Positions 40,350-52,108 of a stretch of 64,000 nucleotides of DNA are shown piece by piece. The stretch is from positions 124,001 through 188,000 of the forward strand of contig NC_086108.1 of NCBI RefSeq assembly GCF_963921235.1, given 5' to 3'. How positions within the stretch are numbered: the stretch's first letter is position 1; every line of letters begins with the position of its first letter. The notes beneath the pieces were generated by a model. The model was not told the DNA's origin, did not search any database, and worked only from the letters and a program-made list of their open reading frames with translations. The position numbers and the translations under genes were made by a program. Origin of the DNA: Mobula hypostoma. Taxonomy: Eukaryota.

Positions 40350-41197
40350 TGTTACGTACCCCATAACTGGGTTGCCAAACCAGCAGAAGTGGACCACTTA
40401 GTTGGAGTCTGGATTACTGGAACTAAGAAAGTTTTATTAAAGAAATAAGTAACACTGTACTCTAATAGTAAGGATATAAATGCAACAGGTTAGCAATGGT
40501 AAAACACACATGTACACAGAACTAGGATAATAGGAATCAATCAAGCTCTATCGCAGTCTAGGGGTAAAATGATCAGTCTCAAGTGACGCAGAGTTCAGTT
40601 CAGTTTAGTATAGTTCGCAGTAATCACTGTTGTGCTGTTGGGGAGAGAGCGAGAGAGCAAATGATGATATTCAAATCGGATTCAAACAGACCTTTGATAT
40701 TCCTCGCAGTTAGCTTTCGGGCGAGCCCTTTGTAATGTCTTCTGAGGTCACCGACTGTGACCCCTCCGTTCCGGATACGATCGTTCTTCTGCAGTGAACC
40801 AGCACCCAGGCAAGGGGGGACACACACACCAGGTTCCCGCCGATCGTACCTTTTCACCCTGTGCGTCTATGGTCGGTCCCACGATCAGACCTCCAGAACT
40901 CCCACCAACTTGTGGGGGGGGGACACCGCACTTCCAGGGTCTCGTTATCTCGTGGTGTCATGGTGTCCCTCTTGACTTAGCGAACCTGTTCCTTTTATCC
41001 CCCTGCTGGGGTATCGCCTGTCCATCAAACTTCAAACAGTTCAGGTTCAAAGCAACCGGTCTGACAATACTCGGAACTGTGTCTCTTTTCGTTAATCTCT
41101 CTCGTCTCTCATATTAGCATCTTGAATGTCTCCCCATTGTCTCTCTCTTATCTCTCTTATCAGCATCAATCTTCTGATAACTTGGTCTTTTCTCACA
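40350..41197 (-). repeat. 5' LTR of the Gypsy element
   Basis: tgttacgtacccc...cttttctcaca; direct repeat of 34754-35591 with scattered substitutions and indels. Confidence 0.93.
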
Positions 41198-41422
41198 ACT
41201 ATCAATTACTCCAAACGACTGGAAGTAGAGTAAATACTGAAAGGCTTTTATTAACAGTAAATGGCCTAACATCCATGCTGGGCATCTGCCCCGGACTGAG
41301 GGAGGAGCAGTGACACAATCACCTTTATTCAGGGGTCTGTGGGAGGAGCTACAGGAGCAGTCAGCAGAGGGGCTTGTCCAGACAGGTAACCCAGTTACAA
41401 CATATATACATGGTTCACCACA

Positions 41423-42210
41423 CTCACCACCATTCAGAGCCCTAAGCAGTTCTTTTAGGTGAGGCAGCACGAGCTGCAGTCTGGAAATCTACTATTTCCG
41501 GTACTCCTGATGTGGCCTCCTCTACATCTGTGAAATCCAACGTAGATTGAGGTACACTGTGTCGAGCATCTTTGCTCCAATTGTAACAAGCAGGATTTCC
41601 CAGTGGCCAACCATTTTAATTCCAAAACCTATTCCCATTCCGACATGTTGGTCCATGGCCTCTTCTACTGCAATGATGGGGCTACTCTCGGGTTGGAGGA
41701 GCAACGCCTCATATTCCGTCTGGGTGGCCTTCACCTTGATGGCATGCACATTGATTTCTGTATCTTCTCTCCCCTTCCCTCTTCTTCCATTGCCCACTCT
41801 AACTCTCTCTTACCCCTTCCGTTCTTACCCGACTATCACCTCCCTCTGATACTCCTCCTTCTTCCCTTTCTCCCAAGGTTCACTCTCCTCTCCTATCAGA
41901 TTTCTCCTTCTTCATGCCTTTACTTGTTCCACCTATCAGCTCCCAGCTTCTGACTTCATGCTCCCTCCACCCTCCACACTCACCTACCTTCCCCCTCATC
42001 TGGCTTTACCTATCACCATCGAGCTTGTCCTCCTTTCCCTCCTCCATATTTTTATCCTGGCTTTTCCCCCTTCCTTTCCAGTCCTGTTGAAGTGTCTCAG
42101 CCAGAAACACTGACTGTTTATTCCTTTCCATAAATGCTACCTGACCTGCTGAGTTCCTCCAGCATTTTGTATGCGTTACTCGAGATTTCCAGCACAATCT
42201 CTTGTGTTTT
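41423..42210 (+). mobile_element. Penelope-like element fragment, right half (decayed GIY-YIG region, pyrimidine-rich 3' UTR, degenerate hammerhead at ~42079-42116)
   Basis: Homologous to 46975-47650; ANHFNS..HSHSDM...LEEQRLIFRLG motif. Confidence 0.8.
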
Positions 42211-43863
42211 TGATTTGTGCGAGTCAAGACTCTGGAGGGGCTTTGAATTTGACCCGAGGAATGTTGTCCACTGTGCCACAATTCAAATGGAGGGGCCTCA
42301 GTAAGACCACTACAGGCTCAGTGAACTAAATAGTTTCTGTTCATGTTGCAAGTGATTCTACTAGTGGTAATACTTCACTGTGAATTTATGACATTGTTTG
42401 GCTGTGAATGGTGTTACATTCATCCCTGATTGAATTTCAGCCCCATAATGGTCAGTGGGTAATGACCAGGAATAGATGTTTTCTGCAGTCACAGTATTCC
42501 TTTTGCTGATCGTATTGGCACTGACCAGTTATAACATCTGGGACCCTTGGCTGTCTGTGGGGCTTGTAATCAGTGCTTTTCCTTCTAAACTGCCTTCTTT
42601 GCACAATGCTTTGGAGGCAGGTTGGTTCTATTGGAGTGATGTCTTACCTCACTCTGGTGAAAACAGAGCAGTATCTGTGACCAATGACAGCCTCCTATTT
42701 AATTCTTACTGAACATAGTCTCTGCTCACAAAGGATGTAAAGGGGTATCCCACACCAGGGCAAAGCGTTCAGTCTGTAAGTGTACAAAATGAGACGGGAT
42801 GCTTTGTAAAACCCAAACTTCACGAAGATGATTGACAGCAGTTGAATATTACACGAAGTGTTGTTTGAATGGGCCGACCTCTTGCACCTTCCCAAATGGG
42901 GGGGGGGGGGGATGAAAGGAAAGAAACAGAAATACTGGAAGAACTTTCTTGCTGGATGAGTTGTTCCAGGACCTCTCATTTAGTTTCACATTCCAGCAAC
43001 TGCAGCGTTATTTATTTAGCACTTTGCTCGCATGAGTTTCATAGCCTTGGGAATTGTGAGAGCGTTTCACAGCCAACACGCCACTTTTCAATAACGCTGA
43101 TGTCCCCTAACTTGCACGGAGCCCTGTCACCCCGGCCTGCTGCCTACCAGCCCAGCAGCACCTTGGTTTTAAAATTCTCATCCCTTCTCATCCTTTCCTG
43201 TGCTGTCCCTTTCCTAGATCGGAAAGTTAGCTGACACCTCTGATCCCTTTTGTTCCCCATCTCATGATTCCTCTCACTCGGCCACTGGCAGGTGAGATGC
43301 TCTTCCTCACACCTCTCAGCCTCTCCACCTCCATTAAAACCCTCCTCAGAACCCCTGCCTTTGATCATCTTAATGGTTCTTGATGTGACTGGGTCTCACA
43401 CTTTTTACAGGCTCTCTTGGGACAATGCAGGCTCTGTCTAAATGGAAGTTGTAGTTTTTATTGAATTATAATCGTTGTAGGGCTAGCTAAGATGTGGAAA
43501 TTTCTATTTCTCAGGGAGGGTGAGTTCACTGTTGACCCAGATTGGGACCATCTGTAACCCGGGCACCCAAATGAACACAGGCAGCTTCAGCTTTTACTTC
43601 TGGTTCCTCGAACTGAGGAACTCTGTTAGCAGATTCCGGTCTTCAGCGGTCTGCAGAGTGCAGACTGTTGCTGAACGCTGGTTAGTTCTGTGGCCATGAC
43701 AGGAAATCTGAAGCCTGAGAGAAAGCAGAGAAACCAAACAGCTTAGAAGAGGAAGGCTGTGCTGCAGACACCCTCCACCAACCAAGTGTGTGCACACACT
43801 GATCCAGAACTGTCCGCAGATTCGGGTATCAAGCCAGACCAGGCTTGATTACTGGTAAACTCT

Positions 43864-44070
43864 GTTGAAGAGCCGAGAGGTAATGTTACAGCTATATAGG
43901 ACCCTGGTCAGACCCGACTTGGAGTACTCTGCTCAGTTCTGGTCACCTCACTGGAGGAAGGATGTGGAAACTATAGAAAGGGTGCAGAGGAGATTTACAA
44001 GGCTGTTGCCTGGATTAGGGATCATGCCGAGTGAACTCGGTCTTTTCTCCTTGGAGCGGCGGAGAATGAG
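43864..44070 (+). mobile_element. CR1-type LINE fragment
   Basis: KSREVMLQLYRTLVRP.LEYSAQFWSP...IERVQRRFTR; near-copy of 51785-51990. Confidence 0.85.
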
Positions 44071-44256
44071 ATCCGTGAAGCATGCAGTGGTGCAGCGGTA
44101 GCCAGGACGCACCCAGCACATTGTTTTAAAAAAGCTGAAATAAACAAGCTAATTAATGCTGAGCTCGCTGCATTGGCACTGCTTCCTGCATGCATGCTAA
44201 GGTCGTTGACTTCATTAACCTTTCCTCCAACTTTCACCCTGCCCTCAAGTTTACCT

Positions 44257-46360
44257 TTATACCTTAAACTTTATATTTTATTGTCGCTAAACAATTAGTA
44301 CTGCAACGTACAATCATCACAGCGATATTTGATTTTGCGCTTCACACTCGCTGATTACAAATATTAAATATTAGATATTAAAAATAGTTAAAAATAGAAA
44401 ATATTAAAAATTTAAATTTTAAATCATAAATAGAAAATAGAAAAATGGGAAGTAAGGTAGTGCAAAAAAAACCAAGAGGCAGGTCTGGATATTTGGAGGG
44501 TACGGCCCAGATCCGGGTCAGGATCCGTTCAGCAGTCTTATCACAGTTGGACCAAAGCTGTTCCCAAATCTGGCCGTATGATTCTTCAAGCTCCTGAACC
44601 TTCTCCCGGAGGGAAGAGGGACGAAAAGGCTGTTGGCTGGGTGGGTCGTGTCCTTGATTATCCTGGCAGCACTGCTCCCACAGCGTGCGGTGTAAAGTGA
44701 GTCCAAGGATGGAAGATTGGTTTGTGTGATGTGCTGCGCCGTGTTCACGATCTTCTGCAGCTTCTTTCAGTCTTGGACAGGACAACTTCCATACCAGGTC
44801 GTGATACACCCGAGAAGAATGCTTTCTACGGTGCATCTATAAAAATTAGTGAGTGTTTTAGGGGACAGGTCAAATTTCTTTAGTTTTCTCAGGAAGTAAA
44901 GGCGCTGGTGGGCCTTCTTGGCAGTGAACTCTACTTGGTTGGACCAAGTCAGGTTATTTGTGATATTGACCCCAAGGAACTTAAAGCTTTTGACCTGTTC
45001 CACTTGCGCACCACCGATGTAAATTGGGTTGTGCGGTCCGCTACTCCTTCTGAAGTCAACAACCAATTCCTTCGCCTTGCTGACATTGAGGGATAGGTTA
45101 TTGTCTTCGCACCATGCCACCAGGTTCTTAATTTCCTCTCTATACTCACACTCATCATTACCTGAGATATGGCCTACAATTGTTGTGTCATCAGCAAACT
45201 TATATATTGAGTTTGATGGAAACTTGGCTACACAATCATGGGTGTACAGTGAATACAGCAGGGGGCTGAGTACACAGCCTTGTGGGGCACCAGTGCTCCA
45301 AGTGATTGTAGAGGAGAGCTTGTCCCCTATTTTTACAGCCTGGGTCCTGTCTGTGAGGAAGTTGAAGATCCAGCTGCAGATCTGAGTGCTAAGGCCCAGG
45401 TTCTGGAGCTTAGGAATCAGTTTATTTGGAACCATGGTATTAAAGGCAGAGCTGTTGTCAATGAAAAAGAGCCTTACGTATGAGTCTTTATTCTCCAGGT
45501 GTTCTAAGGAGGAATGTAGGGCCAGAGAGATGGCATCTGCCATTGACCTGTTGCTCCGGTAGGCGAATTGCAAAGCGTCGAGGTTGACCGATAGGCTGTG
45601 GTTGATGTGTGCCAAAACCAATCTCTCGAAGCACTTCATAGCAATTGATGTCAGAGCCACAGGTCAATAGTCATTCAGGCATGCCACCTTCCTCTTCTTC
45701 GGCACTGGGATTATCGTTGCCTTCTTAAAACACGAGGAGATCTTAGACTGAAGCAAGAAGCAGTTGAAGATGTCAGCAAACACTCCAGCTAGCTCCCATG
45801 CACAGGCCCAGAGAACCCGTCCTGGGACGCCATCTGGGCCCGTCGCCTTCCTTGGATTTACCTTCAGGAAGGCCCTCTAACGTCCTCCTCAGTGACGATG
45901 AATCTCGATGCCACCAGGTCTGGTTCATCCGGAGGGAGCGGGACGCTCCTCTTCTGTTCGAATCTTGCGTAGAATACGTTAAGTTCATCAGGAAGAGAAG
46001 CGCCACAGTTATTGATATTCCCAGCCTTTTCTTTGCGCCCAGTGATCTCATTTAGACCCTGTCATAGTCTACTGGCATCCCTTTGGTTAGCCTGGGCTTC
46101 CAACTTGGCCCAATATTGCCTCTTGGCACCCTTAATGGCTTTCCGGAGTTCACGCCTGGATTCTGTGTAACGACTAGTATCCCTGGACCTAAAAGCCGCA
46201 GCTCTAGCCTTTAAAAGTGACTTGACCTCATAATTCATCCAAGATTTCCGGTTAGGGAATACTCGGATCGTCTTGCGAGACACACAGTCCTCCGTGCATT
46301 TCCAAATAAAGTCCGTGACAGCTGAGGCATACTCATCGAGGTTAGCTCCGAGTCCTTGAA
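44257..46360 (-). mobile_element. 5'-truncated Rex1/Babar-type LINE (RT, decayed)
   Basis: [61 protein letters not shown]; flanked by tacct (44252-44256, 46361-46365). Confidence 0.88.
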
Positions 46361-47562
46361 TACCTGGTCCATTTCTGACACCTCCCTCCCCTTTCTAGAT
46401 CTTTCTGTTTCTGTCTCTGGAGACAGCTTATCTACTGATGCCTACTATAAGCCTACGGACTCTCACAGCTATCTCGAGTATTCCTCTTCTCACCCTGTCT
46501 TTTGAAAAAATGCCATCCCCTTCTCGCAATTCCTCCATCTCCGCCGCATCTGCTCTCAGGATGAGGCTTTTCATTCCAGGACGAAGGAGATGTCCTCCTT
46601 TTTTAAAGAAAGGGGCTTCCCTTCCTCCACCATCAACTCTGCTCTTAAACACATCTCTGCCACTTCACGAACATCTGCTCTCACCCCATCCTCCCACCAC
46701 CCCACTAGGGATAGAGTTCCCCTTGTTTTCACCTACCACCCCACCAGCCTCCAGGTCCAACAAATAATTCTCTGCAACCTCCGCCACCTCCAATGGGATC
46801 CCACCACTAAGCACATCTTTCCCTCCGTCCCCCTCTGCTTTCCGCAGAGATCGCTCCCTATGCGACTCCCTTGTCCATTCGTCCCCCCCACCATCCCTCT
46901 CCACCGATCTCCCTCCTGGCACTTATCCTTGTAAGCGGAACAAGTGCTACACATGCCCTTACACTTCCTCCCTTACCACCATTCAGGGCCCCAGACAGTC
47001 CTTCCAGGTGAGGCGACACTTCACCTGTGAGTCGGCTGGGGTGATATACTGCGTCCCGTGCTCCCGATGTGGCCTTTTATATATTGGCGAGACCCGATCC
47101 AGACTGGGAGTTCGTTTCGCTGAGCACCTACGCTCTGTCCACCAGAGAAAGCAGGATCTCCCAGTGGCCACACATTTTAATTCCACGTCCCATTCTCATT
47201 CCGATATGTCTATCCATGGCCTCCTCGACTGTAAAGATGAAGCCACACTCAGGTTGGATGAACAACACCTTATATTCCATCTGGGTAGCCTCCAACCTGA
47301 TGGCATGAACATTGGCTTCTCTAACTTCCATTAATACCTCACCTCCCCCTCGTACCCTATCTATTATTGCCCATCCTCTGGGCTTCCCCCCTCCCCCTTT
47401 CTTTCTCCCTTGGCCTCCTGTCCCATGATCCTCTCATATCCCTTTTGCCAATCAGCTGTCCAGCTCTTGGCTCCATCCCTCCTCCTCCTGTCGTCTCCTA
47501 TCATTTCAGATCTCCCCTTCCCCCTCCCACTTTCAAATCTCTTACTAGCTCTTCCTTCAGTT

Positions 47563-47599
47563 AGTCCTGACGAAGGGCCTCGGCCTGAAACGTCGACTG
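47563..47599 (+). ncRNA. Minimal type I hammerhead ribozyme motif in the Penelope 3' repeat
   Basis: agtc-CTGACGA-agggcc-tc-ggcct-GAA-acgt-C-gact: intact core, stem I agtc/gact, palindromic ACGT stem III. Confidence 0.8.
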
Positions 47600-47833
47600 T
47601 ACCTCTTCCTATAGATGCTGCCTGGCCTGCTGCGTACACCAGCAACTTTTATGTGTGCTAATTAATTAGGTGCTGATTGCATCGTCTCTGATTGGGCCGA
47701 CATTTACGTGCTGGGCGGCACCTAATTAGCTTGTTTATTTCGGCTTTTTTCTGGGTGTGTTCTGGCTACTGCTGCACCCCTGCATGCTTCGCTGATCAGT
47801 ACCGGTCCGCGGCCCAGAGGTTGGGGACCACTG

Positions 47834-48466
47834 ATGTACAGCGTAGTTTCACTTAGCAGAGTCAAGAAGACAGCCAGCATGCTGGAAGGTTCACACGTCT
47901 TTCTATCATACAATTCTTTGTAAGCACTCATAACATCCTGCAAACCTGCCCTGAACCTACGTGCCCTTTCAAAGTTAAAGTCATACTTTTCTGCAATCAT
48001 TGCAGCATTGTCAATTGTAGCGAAAATCTCACGCAGTTCAAAGCTATGGCAGCTTAATGCTGAGATACTGAGTGTAGTTCCCGGGGAAGAAGCTTGGCTT
48101 TTCACCGCTCTCGCAGCTCGGGGTGCGTGCTGCCTCTATAACGGCTCGCTTCACAACAAACGCTTAACGCTATTTTCACCACTCTCGCTGCTCGGGGTGT
48201 ACGCTGCCACTATAACGGCTCGCTGCAAAACAAACACTGAACGCTATTTCGCTTTTCACTGCTCGGGGTGCGTGCTGCCTCTATAACGGCTCGCTTCACA
48301 ACAAATGCTTAATGCTATTTTCGCCACTCTCACTGCTCGGGGTGCGCGCTGCATTTTTTTGTAACAGTGAAAACACTTTCTTATCAGCGAAAACAGATAA
48401 CTAATGTAGGTCTTTTGTAACAGCGAGGTGCCGTAAAGTGAACTTTCGAAAAACGGGGGCCACCTG
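47834..48466 (-). mobile_element. Tigger/pogo-like DNA transposon relic with internal subrepeats
   Basis: End aaacgggggccacctg followed by TA; ORF 47722-48105 with ELREIFATI...NFERARRF...AYKELY resembles Tigger transposase C-termini; ctcggggtgcgtgctgcc..tataacggctcgct is repeated. Confidence 0.6.
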
Positions 48467-48679
48467 TACACTGAACACTTGCTGACAAGTTCGGAATTAC
48501 CTGAGATCTTTCCTCTTCATCCTGCCTGAGCAAGCATCTGTTCCATCCCATCCCCATTTGTTCGGGAGTTATCACCTCTTTAGCGCTCCAGTATTTCCTA
48601 GCTGAAGACTGAGACACAACAGTTTGTGCTTCTTATCTGATATCAATACCAAAATATTTCTCATGGTTTCTGATTTAAA

Positions 48680-48760
48680 GCCAATGTGATGTCATCATCC
48701 ACTGTGATGTCATCAGCCACTGTGATGACATCAGCCACTGTGATATCATCAGCCACTGAT
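48680..48760. repeat. 18-bp minisatellite (~4 copies)
   Basis: ccactgtgatgtcatcag repeated in tandem. Confidence 0.85.
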
Positions 48761-49269
48761 TAAAACTAATTAAAACATTCAATCTGATAAAATGAATATC
48801 CCAAATATTTGAAACATTTCATTATTTGAACCTTCCCATCATTGATTATAATCAGTGGCCACAAATTATAGTTGGGCTGGGTCTTGTGATTTATTTAATG
48901 AAACAGTTATGTATGACAGACTTTTTGTTCCAATGTACACAGTAAAGAACAACGACATAGAATGACATTCACGATCCCAATACATTAATATTCACCTCTT
49001 TGGGCAAGTTAGGATTTAAAAAAAGAAATCACTCTAAATTGTTCCCCGAGGCAAAAAAATAAGGGGAAAGTTGACAGTTGTCCATACAATTGGCTTTAAT
49101 TGATTTCTAATCTAAATTACCTTACCACCAATGGTTAGTCAAATAACCTCACACCTCCTCCCTTGCAGGAAGCAAAGAATCTTTAAAATATAGAAATGGT
49201 CTTTGAGAAGAACAAATCCTGGCACTGCTAGGAGAATTGCCAACTGAAGAAAACTCAATTTTACCGTTG

Positions 49270-50093
49270 ACTTGTTTCCAAACTGCATCAGGCTTGTTTA
49301 GATGTTCCTTTTCAAACTTCTGATGCTGAAAGTTGTGGTGAGGATGCAGGAAAAGTTTTCTTCTGATGACTCTTCCATGAAGGTCATATTTGTTCAGAGT
49401 CGCTGCACAGTAGAACAGTGCACCACCACTCCAGACTCTGCTAAATCTTCCTGAAGGTCTTTTGCAGTCAAATAGGGGTTTTGATTTGCCTTTCTAGCAA
49501 TCCTACAAGTAGCTCTCTTGGAAAGTGTTGTTGTCTATAAGACCTCTACTTGACCTCCACCGTTCCTGCTAAATGCCATTTCTTCATTACATTATGAACT
49601 GAGGAAATGGCTATCTGAAAACACTTTGCTATTATCTTATAGCTTTCTCCTGTTTTGTGGGCATCATTTATTTTAATTTTCAGAGTGCTAGGCAGCTGCT
49701 TAGAGGAGCCCATGGCCGCTGATTGTTGGGACAAGGTTTGAGGAGTCAGGGTATTTATAAAGCTTTGTAATTTGCATCACCTGGCCTTTCCTAATGATGA
49801 CTGTGAACAAGCCATAACCCTAACAAGCTAATTAAGGTCTAAAACCTTGGTAAAAGTTATCTGAGAACTCAAATCTTTTCGGGTGCCTAAACTTTTGAAT
49901 GGTGCTCCTTTCCTTTTTTTCACTCTAAAATTGTACAAAACCAAAATAATACACTAATCTTGCTCAAAATGTTGAAAAGAATGTTTCATCTTCAACTTTA
50001 TGAGTTTTGGAGATCAGTTCATCTTCTACTCACTTAACTATTCACAGTAACAGAAATTTTGACCAGGGGTGCCCAAACGTTTTCCTGCCACTG
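49270..50093 (-). mobile_element. Tc1-like transposon, left end and transposase 5' fragment
   Basis: Minus-strand terminus CAGTGGCAGGAAAACGTTTGGGCACCCC with an internal direct repeat near 49880-49905; MGSSKQL...SYKIIAK...SSVHNVMKKW HTH. Confidence 0.8.
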
Positions 50094-50312
50094 AATGTCA
50101 ATTTAGGCAGCTGCAAGTATCATGATGTTTACTTCTGCATAGACTGCAAGTAAACGTTATTTTTTTTTCAATACTATTACTGGTATTGTGAAAATGGTAT
50201 TCTTCACCATCCACTTCAAGGTTCGACATGTGTGTTTAGAGATGCTCTTCCGCACATCACTGTTGTAACGTGAGGTGATTTGAGTTACTGTCACCTTCCT
50301 GTCAGCTTGAAC

Positions 50313-50985
50313 CAGTCAGTTGTCGTTTTGGGCCAAGATGCTTCATCAGGACTAGAAAAAAAAAGATGAGATCAGAGTAAGAAGGTGGGGGAAGACATAC
50401 AAGGTTGTGGGTGATAGGAGAAACCATGAGATGGGGAGTGGTGAGGTAAAGAGCTGAGAAATTGGTGAAAGAGATAAAGGGCTGGAGAAGGGGGAATCTG
50501 ATAGGAGAGGACAGAAGGCCATGGAAGAAAGGGAAGGGGGAAGAGCACCAGAGAGAGGTGATGGGCAGGTAAGGAGATAAGGTGAGGGAGCAAAATGGGA
50601 ATGGGGAATGGTGAAGTGGGGGGGGGGGGTGGTCATTACCAGAAGCAGGAGAAATTGATGTTGATGCCATCAGGTTGGAGGCTACGCAGACGGAATAAGG
50701 AGTTCTTCCTCCAACCCGAGTGTGGCCTCATAGCGGCAGTAGAGGAGGCCATGGACCGACATGTTGGAATGGGAATGGGAAATAGAATTAAAATTGGTGG
50801 CCACCAGGAGAAGTGCCACACCTGCCCCTGGATCTCCTCCCTCACTACCATTCAGGGCCCAAACAGTCCTTCCAGGTGAGGCGACATTTCACCTGTGAGA
50901 CCCGGCCCAGATTGGGAGACCACTTCGACGAGCACCTACAGTCCATCCAGCAGAAGACAACAGGACCTCTCGGTGGCCACCAATT
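50313..50985. mobile_element. Penelope-like fragments in opposite orientations (50313-50810 minus, 50811-50985 plus)
   Basis: Homology to 47150-47600 (reverse) and 46940-47175 (forward); degenerate hammerhead on the minus strand at ~50317-50353. Confidence 0.75.
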
Positions 50986-51548
50986 GACCTGGATGAGGAA
51001 GTGGAGGGCTAGGTTAGTAAATTTGCGGATGACACAATGATTGGCAGGGTTGTGGACAGTGTGAATAGCGGGACATTGATAGGATGCAAAACTGGTCTGA
51101 GAAGTGACAGATGAAGTTCAACGTAGATAAGTGAGAGGTGGTTCATTTTGGTCGGTCAAATATGATGACAGAATATAGTATGAATGGTCAGGCTCTTAGC
51201 AATATGGCGACCTTTTATCCAATATATTCATTTAATTGTTTATTACTCTTTCAGTCTTTTTTTCAAAGTTTTAGATTTGATCAGAAGGTCTTTCTTTCTT
51301 TCTTTTTTGATCGTATCCTCAAAATGGAATGCCCAGTCCTTTTTTTTTGTTTTGTTTTTTTTTAGTGTAGTGGGTTTTTTTTCCTTTTCATTTAAAACCC
51401 AATGTTTTTTCCTTTCTCTTCATAAACTGCTCAGAGAATTGTTATTTTCATTTTTTAATTATATATTTTATACTAGTTTAACAATATCTATGATTTTGTC
51501 AATGTCTTTCTTAATCTTGGATTATATTATTACTGATATATATATATA

Positions 51549-51581
<33 letters not shown>

Positions 51582-52108
51582 TTGAATGAATTCTCCTCTT
51601 GATTGTATTTATGCTTTTTTTAAATTAATAGAAAGATTAATGAAGAAAAAGACTCTTGACAGTGTGGGGGATCAGAGGGATCTTGGGGTCCAAGTCCATA
51701 GGACGCTCAAAGCTGCTGTGCAGGTTGGCTCTGTGGTTATGAAAGCATACAGTGTACTGACCTTCATCAACCGTGGGATTGAGTTTAAGAGCCGAGAGGT
51801 AATGTTGCAGCTATATCGGACCCTGGTCAGACCCCACTTGGAGTACTCTGCTCAGTTCTGGTCGCCTCGCTATAGGAAGGATGTGGAAACCATAGAAAGG
51901 GTGCAGAGGAGATTTACAAAGATGTTGCCTGGATTGGGGAGCATGCCGAGTGAACTCGGACTTTTCTCCTTGGAGCGGCGGAGAATGAGAGGTGACCTGA
52001 TAGAGGTGTATAAGATGATGAGAGGCATTGATCTTGTGGATAGTCAGTGGCTTTTTCCCAGGGCTGAAATGGCTAACACGAGAGGGCACAGTTTTAAGGT
52101 GCTTGGAA
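50986..52108 (+). mobile_element. CR1-type LINE fragment interrupted by an AT-rich insert (~51201-51650, includes (TA)n)
   Basis: aaatttgcggatgacac (KFADD) at ~51020; QRDLGVQVHRTLK...RGDLIEVYKMMRG in ORF 51586-52188. Confidence 0.8.

Larger units (their letters stand above)
34754..41197 (-). mobile_element. Full-length Gmr1-like Ty3/Gypsy LTR retrotransposon (frameshifted)
   Basis: Two ~0.84-kb LTRs with TG..CA ends, 4-bp TSD acta (34750-34753 / 41198-41201), PBS, PPT and gag-PR-IN-RT-RH order. Confidence 0.95.
34744..41422 (-). mobile_element. Short solo LTR-like element (~231 bp: 34744-34753 + 41202-41422), split by the Gypsy insertion
   Basis: TG...CA termini; 5-bp TSD ctcac at 34739-34743 and 41423-41427; AATAAA motifs on the minus strand. 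Confidence 0.7.
44158..47656 (+). mobile_element. 5'-truncated Penelope-like element (RT C-terminus, GIY-YIG endonuclease), interrupted by a Rex1/Babar LINE
   Basis: FHPALKFT|WSISDTSLPFLDL rejoins across the insertion; GVIYCVPCSRCGLLYIGET...RFAEH (47008-47334); 10-bp flanking duplication gctaattaat at 44148-44157 and 47657-47666. Confidence 0.88.
44074..47833. mobile_element. Palindromic hAT/Charlie-like MITE (arms 44074-44157 and 47657-47833) split by the Penelope insertion; left terminus missing
   Basis: 44077-44153 is an imperfect reverse complement of ~47724-47790; the right end ggttggggaccactg is a CAGTGGTCCCCAACC-type TIR. Confidence 0.65.
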
